Shown: positions 8,024-17,110 of the stretch, one piece after another
Layout: the number at the start of each line of letters is the position of its first letter
How positions within the stretch are numbered: the stretch's first letter is position 1
From: Nitrospiraceae bacterium
Lineage (GTDB): Bacteria; Nitrospirota; Nitrospiria; Nitrospirales; Nitrospiraceae
Direction of reading: 5' to 3'
Assembly (NCBI GenBank): GCA_037442105.1
Contig: JBBIQV010000013.1
Span: 1-64,000 of the forward strand
DNA: 64,000 nt
Notes under the pieces: model-generated
What the model was told of the DNA's origin: nothing
Databases searched by the model: none
Seen by the model: only the letters and a program-made list of their open reading frames with translations
Position numbers and translations under genes: made by a program

Positions 8024-9012
8024 CCCACCGCAATAGTCCCCACCGGCCCCTCAAACGTCATCGCCGTGCCGAAGACGGCGCATTTGGCCTGCATGGTTTT
8101 CTGAAGAAAAGCTTCTTCCGAGCCGGTTGCGAGACGGACCCGGAACTTCTCGATCCGCACAGGATGCAATCGAATACGCGCGACGCGGTTGTGCTCAACG
8201 TCCAAGACGAAGAGAAAAGAGAGATCGTTCCGTTCAGCTTGATCCACCATGTAGTCGTCGACAAAATCTCCGGTCGAATACAGGATGGCCTTCCCTTTGT
8301 AGAGCTCGATGCCTTGCGGGGTATGGTTGGAATGGCCCCAGTAGAGGTCCGCGCCCAACTCGATAAGCTGGCGGGCTAGGACTTTCATGGCCGTTGATGG
8401 GACGCCCCAATTGGGCCCGACGTGCGCACTGACGACCACGAGATCGGCGCGACGTCGGGCATAGCTGAACACCTGGGTGAGCCGCGACCAATACGGCTCA
8501 CCCAACCCGCGGTCGCTATACGTCACGTGATTGACCCCGAAGCTCCGTTCCGTCGCTTCCCACTCCGGCTCGTTGTCTGTGAGCGCAACGACGGCAAGCC
8601 GTCCTCCTGGAATGTCGATGAACGCCGGCTCCAGCGCTGCGGCTAAGTTTCGGCCTGCTCCCGTGCGCTTGATGCCGGCCTGATCCAGTAAGTTCAGACA
8701 ATCCAGCAAGGCTTCCACTCCATAATCCAGCACATGGTTGTTGGCGAGCGTGACGCAGTCGATCTTGGCGGCGCCTAGAAAATCGACGGCGCGAGGATGG
8801 GCGCGGAAATGAAACGCCTTGGTGTGCGGGCGCCACTCCTCGCCTCGAGCGCTAATGACGCATTCCAGGTTGATGAGCCGCCGATCCGCCGCCGACATGA
8901 GGGGCAATACATCGCCCCAGATCGTATCAGGGCCCATCCCGGCGTTGCGGATCACATACTGATCGACAAGCCGGCCCAGCATGACATCGCCGGTTAACAC
9001 GATCTGCGTCAT
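8020..9012 (-). CDS. CapA/PGA_cap-family metallophosphoesterase
   Basis: GDVMLGR, NLECVI, LANNHVLDYG, GHSNH and YSTGDFVDDY motifs. Confidence 0.92.
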   Translation of the reverse strand: MTQIVLTGDVMLGRLVDQYVIRNAGMGPDTIWGDVLPLMSAADRRLINLECVISARGEEWRPHTKAFHFRAHPRAVDFLGAAKIDCVTLANNHVLDYGVEALLDCLNLLDQAGIKRTGAGRNLAAALEPAFIDIPGGRLAVVALTDNEPEWEATERSFGVNHVTYSDRGLGEPYWSRLTQVFSYARRRADLVVVSAHVGPNWGVPSTAMKVLARQLIELGADLYWGHSNHTPQGIELYKGKAILYSTGDFVDDYMVDQAERNDLSFLFVLDVEHNRVARIRLHPVRIEKFRVRLATGSEEAFLQKTMQAKCAVFGTAMTFEGPVGTIAVG

Positions 9013-9024
9013 GAGAAAACACAC

Positions 9025-9096
9025 GCGAATAGCCCATAGCGAGCAGCCAGTAGTAGGCAAGCATCCCAGGCCCTCCAAGCTATTGGCTGTTAGCTA
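9025..9096. repeat. Heptamer-periodic inverted repeat (TAGCNNN)n...(NNNGCTA)n
   Basis: GCGAATAGCCCATAGCGAGCAGC...GCTATTGGCTGTTAGCTA; similar arrays at other gene junctions. Confidence 0.6.
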
Positions 9097-9105
9097 TCCG
9101 CCCCG

Positions 9106-10326
9106 CTAACACACCGCGTAGACTCCCCGCGCCAGCGCTTGACAGAACGGTTTGAGCGCGCCCAGGGCCCGCTGTACTTCCCGCCGAATCGCCGGTTCAA
9201 CGGACGCAAAGTGAACGCCTTGACTGACAATCACTTCCACCATCGCGGATTGCGGCTTGGAAACCGGCTGCCCGATCTGGCTGGTCAGCCATACGGTGAC
9301 CTCTTGCAGACCTCTCACTTTGTGGTGGATCTGCTCGGCCAAGACCTGGGCCAAAACATTGTAGATCTTCCCGACATGTGCGACCGGATTCTTGCCGGCG
9401 GCCGCCTCGGCGCTAGCCGGTCGGCGGAGCGAGATGACTCCGCACACCCGATTCCCTCGTCCAACCTCACCGGAATCCCCCGCTTCAGCCGATGTACCGA
9501 GCACCGTGAGGTACATACCCGCCACCCCCGCATCACGACGATCCAGCAGGTTCAACTGGACCGTGGGATGCAACTCCGGCCCCGCCTTCCGTTCCGCGAA
9601 GTCCTTGAGCGCGCGCACGATCTCGATTTTCCGGCTGAAATACTGGGATTCGGTCTTGATGCCCGTCGCCAGCAGCGGCATCGCAACGGTCAGCACCACT
9701 TCCGACCCGGTTCGCACCCCCAGCACCTTCACGTCCTGGCCTGTGTCGGGATACTCTTTCTTGAACGCAGCGCCGTTCAGAAACTGCTCGACCTGAAACA
9801 CCAGACGCTCGGTCACTGTGAGCGGCGCGTAGCCGACCGCTGCCGACGTATCGTTGGCCGCCGGTTCCCTTGGCCGCTCAGTAACGGAACGTAATTCCGC
9901 CGACGCCGGCTTGAGCTCAACCTGACATTCCAGGTGCTTGATAGGAGACACGCGCGGCAAGTGCTGCTTGAACCACCGGTACGCTGTCCGCTCCGCAATC
10001 TCTTTCACCGGGATTTGCTTACGTCGCCACTCAAACGTCGCGCGATCGCCTATGACCAGTCGCATCGGCGCGATAACGTATCCGCCACCCAGGCGGCATT
10101 CCACCTGCCCGGCAACCAGCAGGCCTTTGTCGGCGTTGAAATGCAGCACTCGTCCGCAGGTCTTGAGATAGGCCTGTGCCAGTTCGACCGCCACCCGTTC
10201 CATTACGAGATCGCAGATAGTGTCAGGGTGACCAAGGCCCTTCCGCTCCACGATCTCCATCGATTCATCGGCGAGCGGCATGCGCGTCGATTGAAAAATA
10301 ATCGGATCGATCATCGCTATCGTCAC
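9106..10326 (-). CDS. mat: Archaeal-type S-adenosylmethionine synthetase
   Basis: EIVERKGLGHPDTICD, HFNADK, ANDTS, GQDVKV, GDSGEVGRGNR and GKNPVAHVGKIYN motifs. Confidence 0.93.
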   Translation of the reverse strand: MTIAMIDPIIFQSTRMPLADESMEIVERKGLGHPDTICDLVMERVAVELAQAYLKTCGRVLHFNADKGLLVAGQVECRLGGGYVIAPMRLVIGDRATFEWRRKQIPVKEIAERTAYRWFKQHLPRVSPIKHLECQVELKPASAELRSVTERPREPAANDTSAAVGYAPLTVTERLVFQVEQFLNGAAFKKEYPDTGQDVKVLGVRTGSEVVLTVAMPLLATGIKTESQYFSRKIEIVRALKDFAERKAGPELHPTVQLNLLDRRDAGVAGMYLTVLGTSAEAGDSGEVGRGNRVCGVISLRRPASAEAAAGKNPVAHVGKIYNVLAQVLAEQIHHKVRGLQEVTVWLTSQIGQPVSKPQSAMVEVIVSQGVHFASVEPAIRREVQRALGALKPFCQALARGVYAVC

Positions 10327-10853
10327 CTCGCTCCGAGATCGCGTGACACCGGTGTGTTCGTTTTGGCCTGGCTCGATCCCATGTGACGCTTCGGCGCGAG
10401 AGCTTCGATGCGAAGCTTGACCCCCTCGGGATCATCGACACCGCGCAGCGACAGGAGCCGGTCGCTACTCGTGGATCGGATGATGACTGTACCGATCCCG
10501 AAGAAGCTCGCGAGCGGCCCCTGTCGGACCGTGATGTCGCGGACATCACTCAACATGATGGCATGAATCTCTCGACCAGTGTAGCCGTTTCGAACCACAA
10601 CCCGATCCATGCTGACGCTGTAATGGGCCCACCGACGGACGAACACGGCACAGGCCACGAGGATCCCCGCCCCGACCAGCCACATTTCCCAGCCGCTCAC
10701 TCCGAACCGCAGAAAGAGCAGCGCACGAAAACCTGCCATCAGGCTGAAGAAGTACAACCAGATAAAGTGAGCCCACGATGGGTAAGCCCGCCACACCACC
10801 GTCTCACCGGCTTGGAACGATTTGCCAGGCTCGGCCGACTTCACCATGAGCAC
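10323..10853 (-). CDS. Membrane protein with bacterial PH (bPH_2) domain
   Basis: Two TM segments, then Y.V...RV..R.G...I..V.DI.VRQG...FGIGTV; GAGGAG RBS before GTG at 10853. Confidence 0.85.
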   Translation of the reverse strand: MLMVKSAEPGKSFQAGETVVWRAYPSWAHFIWLYFFSLMAGFRALLFLRFGVSGWEMWLVGAGILVACAVFVRRWAHYSVSMDRVVVRNGYTGREIHAIMLSDVRDITVRQGPLASFFGIGTVIIRSTSSDRLLSLRGVDDPEGVKLRIEALAPKRHMGSSQAKTNTPVSRDLGAR

Positions 10854-10878
10854 AGACCAACTCCTCATAGCCGGGGTG

Positions 10879-10894
10879 AGCAAGGCCGATACCA
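10879..10894 (-). promoter_or_regulatory. Sigma54 -24/-12 promoter (bPH-mat-capA)
   Basis: TGGTATCGGCCTTGCT = GG-N10-GC. Confidence 0.7.
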
Positions 10895-10977
10895 TGTAAA
10901 CGGAGAGCGCAACGGGAGTAGCCCCTCGGAAAACCACGAGCTTGGAACAATAGGCCGGCCCGCATGCAAATCGTGCA

Positions 10978-11027
10978 TGGGATATCTTGCTACAATGCCC
11001 CTGCCCGCCATGTAGTGAAACGCCACA
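10978..11027. promoter_or_regulatory. Paired 17-bp enhancer-like palindromes
   Basis: TGGGATATCTTGCTACA (10978-10994) and TGTAGTGAAACGCCACA (11011-11027), 33 bp apart, between divergent sigma54 sites. Confidence 0.65.
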
Positions 11028-11134
11028 AGAACGGCGGACCTTCGGGCGCCAAGACCAGGCAGGGAGGGGGAGAAGATTGCGTTACCATCAGGCGTTCGAT
11101 CAGCCCGAGCAGTGACATTCACCACCTTACGGTG

Positions 11135-11150
11135 AGGCACCGGGTTTGCT
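11135..11150 (+). promoter_or_regulatory. Sigma54 -24/-12 promoter (pcm-mlaC)
   Basis: AGGCACCGGGTTTGCT = GG-N10-GC. Confidence 0.7.
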
Positions 11151-11163
11151 GATCAGTCGCTTC

Positions 11164-11931
11164 ATGAAGCTCGTTACTTTAGCGCTGTGGCTTGCGACCT
11201 TGCTCGCATTCCATTCGATCACTCTCATCCCGGGGTGCAGCACGGGCTCGCAGGGCAGCCCGCCGCCTGCCGATCCAGCCCGCCAAGCAGAGCGGGACCG
11301 GATGGTCGAGCAGCAGGTGCTGCCTCGTGGGATCAACAATCCGGCCGTTATCGCCGCCATGCGCCGTGTGCCACGCCATCGATTCGTTCCCGACACGTAT
11401 GCTTCAATCGCCTACGCCGACGGAACCCTCCCGATCGGCCACGACCAAACCATCACGCAACCCTCCCTCGTCGCCTTCATGACCGAAGCGCTCGCCTTAC
11501 GAGGCCACGAAAAAGTCCTGGAAATTGGAACCGGTTCGGGCTACCAAGCTGCAGTGCTCGCCGAAATCGCCTCCAAGGTGTATAGCATTGAAATCATCGA
11601 ACCACTGGCCAACCGGGCAACGCGCACACTGGCGGAACTCGGTTACAATAACGTCACGGTGCGGGTGGGCGACGGCTATCTGGGCTGGCCGAGCGAAGCA
11701 CCGTTCGACGCCATCATCGTCACGGCGGCACCCGATCACGTTCCCCAGCCGCTTCTCGACCAACTCGCGGTGGGAGGGCGGCTGATCATTCCAGTCGGTG
11801 AGTTCTTTTTCCAGCGCCTCATCCTGATTCAGCGCACGGCCAAAGGATATGAGCACACCGAACTGGTCCCAGTGCTTTTTGTTCCCATGACACGAGAAAA
11901 GCAGGCTGCCGATGTCGTCCAGCATCCGTGA
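11164..11931 (+). CDS. pcm: Protein-L-isoaspartate O-methyltransferase with signal-like N-terminus
   Basis: VPRHRFVP, QTITQP, VLEIGTGSGYQAA, GDGYLGWP, APFDAIIVTAA and FVPM motifs. Confidence 0.95.
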   Translation: MKLVTLALWLATLLAFHSITLIPGCSTGSQGSPPPADPARQAERDRMVEQQVLPRGINNPAVIAAMRRVPRHRFVPDTYASIAYADGTLPIGHDQTITQPSLVAFMTEALALRGHEKVLEIGTGSGYQAAVLAEIASKVYSIEIIEPLANRATRTLAELGYNNVTVRVGDGYLGWPSEAPFDAIIVTAAPDHVPQPLLDQLAVGGRLIIPVGEFFFQRLILIQRTAKGYEHTELVPVLFVPMTREKQAADVVQHP

Positions 11932-12593
11932 TTGCGGCAGCAGTGTTCATGAATAAGATGGGCAGTGTGAATCAGCCACAGTTCACGATCTTTCGCGCGA
12001 CTCTCGCCTGGGTAGGACTCGCCTGGTTATGGGTCTGCCCTGCCTTCTCGGATGTTGACCCCCCGACAGCGGTTGTCCGCGCTACGATCAACGAAGTGAT
12101 TCGCGTTCTTGAAGACGAGAAGTTGAAAGAGGCCAGCCAGTTGAAATATCGACGCCGCTTGCTCGAAGACGTCATCGCCCAACGCTTCGATTACACGGAG
12201 ATGTCCAAACGGACCCTAGCCGCGAACTGGACGCCGCTGACCGACGAGCAACGCAAGGAATTCGTGGAGCTGTTCAAAGCTTTTCTCTCGGACCGCTATG
12301 CCGCGAAGATCGAGGGGTATGCCGGGGAGCAGGTGGAGTATCTGACCGAACGGCTGGAAGGTCAGTATGCGGAAGTACGCACGAAGCTGGTCTCCAACAA
12401 GGTCGAGATCCAGATGGATTACCGGCTCATCAACAGAGCCGGGAAGTGGTACGCTTACGACATCATTGTCGATGGGGTGAGTCTCGTAAAGAATTACCGC
12501 AGCCAGTTCACCAACATCATTCGGTCCTCCTCCTATCGGGAACTCGTTCGCAGGTTGCGGGAGCGGACGGTGACCGAAGACAAAAAGGAATGA
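11928..12593 (+). CDS. mlaC: MlaC/Ttg2D-family periplasmic lipid-binding protein (start uncertain)
   Basis: FDYTEMSKRTL, W.AYDIIVDGVSLVKNYRSQF motifs. Confidence 0.9.
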   Translation: MIAAAVFMNKMGSVNQPQFTIFRATLAWVGLAWLWVCPAFSDVDPPTAVVRATINEVIRVLEDEKLKEASQLKYRRRLLEDVIAQRFDYTEMSKRTLAANWTPLTDEQRKEFVELFKAFLSDRYAAKIEGYAGEQVEYLTERLEGQYAEVRTKLVSNKVEIQMDYRLINRAGKWYAYDIIVDGVSLVKNYRSQFTNIIRSSSYRELVRRLRERTVTEDKKE

Positions 12594-12596
12594 CGG

Positions 12597-12836
12597 CTAG
12601 CCGGATGCGGGAAACTTCTTCAGACCTATCCGGCCGGCCAACTCATGCAGCTTTTCATGGACGGATTCGTTGTTATAGGTCTGTATGTCGGCTAAAGCCT
12701 GGCAATAGTCCGTCATCGCCTCGAGCCACACCCTCTGGTTCTCGCACGTCGCCGGCCCCTCGCGCGCCTGCGCGATCCGCAGGGATGCCTCGTTCAGCCT
12801 CGCTGCCGCCTCCTCCAGATGTCTTGGCACCGCCAT
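12597..12836 (-). CDS. Hypothetical protein (79 aa)
   Basis: GGAGG RBS before ATG 12836; helical composition. Confidence 0.7.
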   Translation of the reverse strand: MAVPRHLEEAAARLNEASLRIAQAREGPATCENQRVWLEAMTDYCQALADIQTYNNESVHEKLHELAGRIGLKKFPASG

Positions 12837-12876
12837 AGTTTCCTCCCCACCAGTGTGATGAATTATCGCACTAGGA

Positions 12877-13401
12877 TCACCGATAGGCAGCCAGCGTGCC
12901 GGACGCGGCTTCCTCCATGAGATCCTCGATGGTCCGGCTGGAAACCACGGAAGTCCGACATTCGTCGGTGATATCGGAGCCAGGCCGGGCAGCATCATCG
13001 GTCCGCTTGATCAGCAACCACTGCCTTGGGCGCCCTTTCATGCGCACCAAGGCAAACCGGCCCTGCAGCCGTTTTCCATGGAGGTTGAAATCGAGGGTCC
13101 CCATCTTGAGCATCGCTTCGGGGGAAAGACCGCCTTTCTTCCCATCCATCACTTCGAACCATCCCCTGTCCCAGACTAGAACCGGCCCCGCTCCATACCG
13201 CCCTTCTTCGATGATGCCTTCGAAATCGGCATACTTCAGATCGTGGTCGGCAACCTCCACAGCAAGCCGCTTCACAGACGGATCGAGCGACGGGCCCTTG
13301 GGAATCGCCCAGGATTTCAGCACCCCACCGATCTCTAACCGGAAATCATAATGGAGATGCGAGGCATGATGCTTCTGAACGTTGAAGATCGCATGCTTCA
13401 T
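12877..13401 (-). CDS. Stand-alone LigD 3'-phosphoesterase domain protein
   Basis: VQKHHASHLHYDFRLE, LKSWAIPKGPS, KRLAVEVADH, YGAGPV.VWDRG and WLLIK motifs. Confidence 0.93.
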   Translation of the reverse strand: MKHAIFNVQKHHASHLHYDFRLEIGGVLKSWAIPKGPSLDPSVKRLAVEVADHDLKYADFEGIIEEGRYGAGPVLVWDRGWFEVMDGKKGGLSPEAMLKMGTLDFNLHGKRLQGRFALVRMKGRPRQWLLIKRTDDAARPGSDITDECRTSVVSSRTIEDLMEEAASGTLAAYR

Positions 13402-13462
13402 ACCGTCCGCCACACACGATGCGTGATGAGTGAGGGTGCAGGCCGCCGCCCATCACGAGGCA

Positions 13463-13951
13463 TTACAGTTTGTAGCCAAACTGCCGGAGCAACGTCTTGC
13501 GATCGAGAATGTCCGCATCCTGTTCCACGCCTTTCGGTTTGAGCCCGTCCACGACACCGAGAATGCCCCGCCCCTGCTCCGTTTCAGCGAGAATCACCTC
13601 CACCGGGTTGGCTGTGGCGCAGTAAACGCCACAGACTTCCGGCACCTGGCGGATGGCGGATAGCACGTTAATGGGAAAACAGTTCTTCAGGAGGATCAGA
13701 AAGCTGTGCCCGGCTCCGACGGCAAACGCATTCGCCTTCGCCAAGTCGACCAACGCAGGATCTGTCCCGCTCCACCGTACGAGGCAGGGACCGGACGACT
13801 CACAGAAGGCCAATCCGAATGCGATGCCTGGCACGGTCGTCACCAATGCCTCGTGCAAGTCCTCCACGGTCTTGATGAAGTGAGCCTGGCCTAGAATGAG
13901 ATTCGTGCCGTCCGGTTTGTGAATAGGAACGGCAAGGAGATTGATTGACAT
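13463..13951 (-). CDS. Adenosine-specific kinase family protein (DUF355)
   Basis: NLILGQAHFIKTVEDLHE, FGLAFCESSG, CATANP and GRGILGVVDG motifs. Confidence 0.9.
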   Translation of the reverse strand: MSINLLAVPIHKPDGTNLILGQAHFIKTVEDLHEALVTTVPGIAFGLAFCESSGPCLVRWSGTDPALVDLAKANAFAVGAGHSFLILLKNCFPINVLSAIRQVPEVCGVYCATANPVEVILAETEQGRGILGVVDGLKPKGVEQDADILDRKTLLRQFGYKL

Positions 13952-14002
13952 AACTTCGCCTCTACCGGAACAACTCTGACAATGTCTGATGCTCCCTGGC
14001 GT

Positions 14003-14018
14003 AGCATCAGATGTGCCA
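14003..14018 (-). promoter_or_regulatory. Sigma54 -24/-12 promoter (DUF355-ligD PE)
   Basis: TGGCACATCTGATGCT = GG-N10-GC. Confidence 0.75.
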
Positions 14019-14136
14019 ATAGGCTATCGCCGTGGGTCCCCTTTCGCATCGGCCCCGCCTTGCAAGCAACTCGCGCAGTTCTCGCTGCGCTTGAATTGCC
14101 GAAGTCTGCAACCAACTCCAATTCTCCGTTGCTCTT

Positions 14137-14185
14137 TGTCCAAAAACGCCACAGCTCTAGACCGAACCTGTAGCATCGCCCCCCA
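14137..14185. promoter_or_regulatory. Paired 17-bp enhancer-like palindromes
   Basis: TGTCCAAAAACGCCACA (14137-14153) and TGTAGCATCGCCCCCCA (14169-14185). Confidence 0.6.
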
Positions 14186-14196
14186 AATTGCAGGTA

Positions 14197-14224
14197 TTGA
14201 CCGATCGCCAAAGATCGTTATCTT
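14197..14224 (+). promoter_or_regulatory. Putative sigma70 promoter of the 6S-like RNA
   Basis: TTGACC-16 nt-TATCTT, predicted +1 near 14231 at the start of the closing stem. Confidence 0.55.
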
Positions 14225-14230
14225 ATAACT

Positions 14231-14387
14231 GAGCGGAGGCCTCGGTGAGAGGAACACTCCACAGTAATGAGGTCAAGCGTAGAGGTGGTGTGCAGGCCCG
14301 TCGGGATGGCGGGAAGCCTAAAGCCTCTCCAAGATCTCCACCTTAGTACGCCGAGCTCTCTGGACCCGCCTCCGCTCCGGTTTTTTT
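14231..14387 (+). ncRNA. ssrS: 6S RNA-like rod-shaped RNA
   Basis: Nested stems GAGCGGAGGC/GCCTCCGCTC, CTCGGTG/CGCCGAG, central bubble, GAGGTC/GATCTC, AGAGGT/GCCTCT, AGGC/GCCT, CCGTC/GGCGG; 6S-like words CCACAGTAATG, GGTGTGCAGGC, GAAGCCTAAA, CACCTT; T7 tail. Confidence 0.72.
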
Positions 14388-14452
14388 ATTGTCTTCTCCT
14401 ACACCAATCCCCCTGCAACCTATTCCGGCGTGAGTGTTGGCATGCCGGCCTT

Positions 14453-15325
14453 CTACCGGACGATCAGCACCGAACAGGCCGCATGTACCAGCACTTTCTC
14501 CGACACACTGCCGAGCAAAAATCGCTTGATCGCTTTCATCCCTCGCGATCCCACAACGATCATCCGTGCTCCATGCCGAACCGCCGAATCTAAGATGACA
14601 AAGGCTGGATCGCCGTGCAGCATCTCTGTCACCACCTCATAGGGCCCTTTCTTTAACTCATCGGCCATTCGATGCACGAGTTCTTCTCCTTTATTTGCAA
14701 CGAGATGCTTCAGGTCAACTTTGCCGCGTGACCCTAACGAGCGACCCATCCCTTCCGGTCCTCGCTGTGGCCAAACCGTCACGATCGTGGCATGAACAGG
14801 TCCCCTGAAAGGATAACGAATCAGAAACTGGACTGCCTTGTGCGACGACTCTGATCCATCCACTGCTACAAGGATCCGGTCCAGTTTGAGTACGGATCCT
14901 TTCACCACGAGGACGGAGCATGGCGCATAAGTAGCCACTTTCTGCGAGACCCCGCCGAGCAAGAACGACGGCGTGGCGGTCATCCCACGCTGGCCGACGA
15001 CGATCAGATCGGCATGAGACTCTTCGGCGGTTTGGATGATGCTCTCCGCCGCATCGCCCGTGTCGGCGATCAGTCGCACGTGACTGCAGGCATCAGCCAG
15101 CTCCTGCTTCATTTCATGCAGCACACGTTCCGCCGCTTCCGATACCTCCTTACGATAGGCCTCAAGATACCCGGCCGGCATCTCCGGCGAGATGTAGGCA
15201 TGCTTCAGCGCCTCCTCATCTACAACATTGAGAACATCCACAGCTAACGGTTCTGGGAAATGCCGAACCATGCGGGCGGCATTCTTCGAATCCGGTGATG
15301 CATCAACCGCGAGGAGAATTTTCAT
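14453..15325 (-). CDS. Tandem-domain universal stress protein
   Basis: Two Usp domains: KILLAVDAS...LLGGVSQKV and RILVAVDGS...FLLGSVSEKV. Confidence 0.95.
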   Translation of the reverse strand: MKILLAVDASPDSKNAARMVRHFPEPLAVDVLNVVDEEALKHAYISPEMPAGYLEAYRKEVSEAAERVLHEMKQELADACSHVRLIADTGDAAESIIQTAEESHADLIVVGQRGMTATPSFLLGGVSQKVATYAPCSVLVVKGSVLKLDRILVAVDGSESSHKAVQFLIRYPFRGPVHATIVTVWPQRGPEGMGRSLGSRGKVDLKHLVANKGEELVHRMADELKKGPYEVVTEMLHGDPAFVILDSAVRHGARMIVVGSRGMKAIKRFLLGSVSEKVLVHAACSVLIVR

Positions 15326-16959
15326 GGGCCCCTCTCTGAGCCTGTCTGCTCCAACAATTCTCTCACCAGACGGACCGGCAATGCCAGATGTACGCCGCTC
15401 ACTCGCTGCAAGGCGGCCTGGTTGACCGCGATGACAGCCCCGGCACGGTTAAAGATCGGTGCGCCGCTGCTGCCCATGGCAGACCCTGCTTCGTACGTCA
15501 GTACATCAGGCGCGACGTCGGAGACATGCCCCTGCGTCGCCAGGGGGCGAATCAAGCCGCGATGGGCTACTTCCTCGGCCAGCCTCACCGGGTCCCGGCC
15601 TCTCGTCGCAAGGATCTCCTTGGTAACAGCCGCCTCCCCGCGCGCGAGCAGGGTGTCTATGCTGCCGGGATAACTCAGCATGATGATCGGTTCGCCGACT
15701 CGCGCAATGTGGCCCTCCGAGGCTAGCGTCACCGGGAGAACTCCCGTCGGGCGCCGGTCCGTTCTCAACAACGCTAGGTCTGTTTTCTCAGACAAGGCCA
15801 CCAAGCGCAGCCGGTACGCCTCCGGCTGGTGAGGAAGAAACAGCCGCAGCAGGAGCATTTCCGGTTCGAAACCGGCGGCAATCGCCTGTTTCGCCGGTTC
15901 GAAGGACTCCCACATCCGCACCAGGTGTCGGTTCGTCATCACGGTGCCTTGCTCGTCGATCACAAAGGCGGTTCCCGCGAAAAAAATCGTGATCGGTGGA
16001 GCATGCCCCTCCACCGTGACCAATGTATTTCCCTTTTCATCTAAAAGCGGGTCGCCGCGGTCGTCGAAGCCCCGGTACCGCAATGGTCGGCCGGTCGCTT
16101 GCTCTCTGAATCCGTAGCTGCCTTGCAGAAGCCCGACCCCCTGCTCAAATCGGCGGGCGATCTCCTCAGCAAAGGTCTGTGTCTGCTGTAAGGCTGCGAG
16201 TTGCTCGCGAATCGCGCGAATATCTTCCTCAGGTTTTTGCTTTGCCTCTTGTTCCTTGAGCCGTTCCGTCAGAGTTGCGATTTCAGCTTCCTTCTGCCGA
16301 CGAAGTTCCGCAGCCGCTTGCCGTTCCTGCTCGATACGACGCTCCAGCTCGGCCTGGGTGAGACGCCCGGTCTCCAGTTGGCCGATCAACTCCGCCATTC
16401 GCTGTTTCGCCGTTACGCCGGCCTGTTGCTGGCGATATACGGCCACGCTCAGGACCACAATGATCGCCAAGGGAACCAGGACCAGAAGGGCGGCTCCCAG
16501 CTTGCCCAGTGGCGAGGCATGCACCGCAATGTCCGTCAGAACATGGCGAAGCAAATAGACGGGCGACAGAAAGCGAGGATGTGGCGTGCGGACCACGATA
16601 TCACGGGAGTCCACGACGATCGTGCGCAACGGTTTCGTCGCAGGAACACCATCCGGGGTGAGGCGGAACCTTACTTGTGGCCCATCATCGCCGAATTGGA
16701 TCAGATCCCCATCTTCCAGCGTGGCTTCTGTTTTACGTTCACCATTGACGAGCAACGCGTTCTTGCCGCTGCGGTCCCGGATCATGGGCGTGTGATCCAC
16801 AACGGACAATTCCGCATGGATAGGACAGACCGTCGCGTCGATGGTTGGATCGAACGCGATGCCGCAGTCCCCGCCGACCCCGAACGTCACGAAATCCGTA
16901 TCGATAAATTGGGTACGGCCTCGCAGACTGCCCGTGAGATACACCAGCGTCATCCGCAT
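15322..16959 (-). CDS. FHA-TM-coiled-coil-trypsin-like serine protease
   Basis: FHA-like C-terminal motif NALLVNG...LEDGDLIQFG; TM segment; coiled coil; triad TNRH, TDLAL, GSSGAP. Confidence 0.85.
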   Translation of the reverse strand: MRMTLVYLTGSLRGRTQFIDTDFVTFGVGGDCGIAFDPTIDATVCPIHAELSVVDHTPMIRDRSGKNALLVNGERKTEATLEDGDLIQFGDDGPQVRFRLTPDGVPATKPLRTIVVDSRDIVVRTPHPRFLSPVYLLRHVLTDIAVHASPLGKLGAALLVLVPLAIIVVLSVAVYRQQQAGVTAKQRMAELIGQLETGRLTQAELERRIEQERQAAAELRRQKEAEIATLTERLKEQEAKQKPEEDIRAIREQLAALQQTQTFAEEIARRFEQGVGLLQGSYGFREQATGRPLRYRGFDDRGDPLLDEKGNTLVTVEGHAPPITIFFAGTAFVIDEQGTVMTNRHLVRMWESFEPAKQAIAAGFEPEMLLLRLFLPHQPEAYRLRLVALSEKTDLALLRTDRRPTGVLPVTLASEGHIARVGEPIIMLSYPGSIDTLLARGEAAVTKEILATRGRDPVRLAEEVAHRGLIRPLATQGHVSDVAPDVLTYEAGSAMGSSGAPIFNRAGAVIAVNQAALQRVSGVHLALPVRLVRELLEQTGSERGP

Positions 16960-16976
16960 CGCAATCCACTCCCACC

Positions 16977-17110
16977 CAGCAGCGAACAGCGAATAGCAGG
17001 TAGCGAGCAGCACGGATCTCTGAGCTATGCACTGTTCGCTCTGGGCCGGTAGCCATCGGCTGTCAGCTATTCGCTATCAGCTATTGGCTGTTCGCTGCCG
17101 GCTATTCGCT
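16977..17110. repeat. Heptamer-periodic inverted repeat
   Basis: (AGCGAAC/AGCGAAT)n ... (CTATTCG/CTGTTCG)n between rtcA and the FHA protease. Confidence 0.7.

Noticed and set aside
14231..14377. Retron msr-msd or Y RNA interpretation of the end-paired RNA
   Set aside because: No reverse transcriptase or Ro60 gene in the window; fold and sequence words fit 6S better
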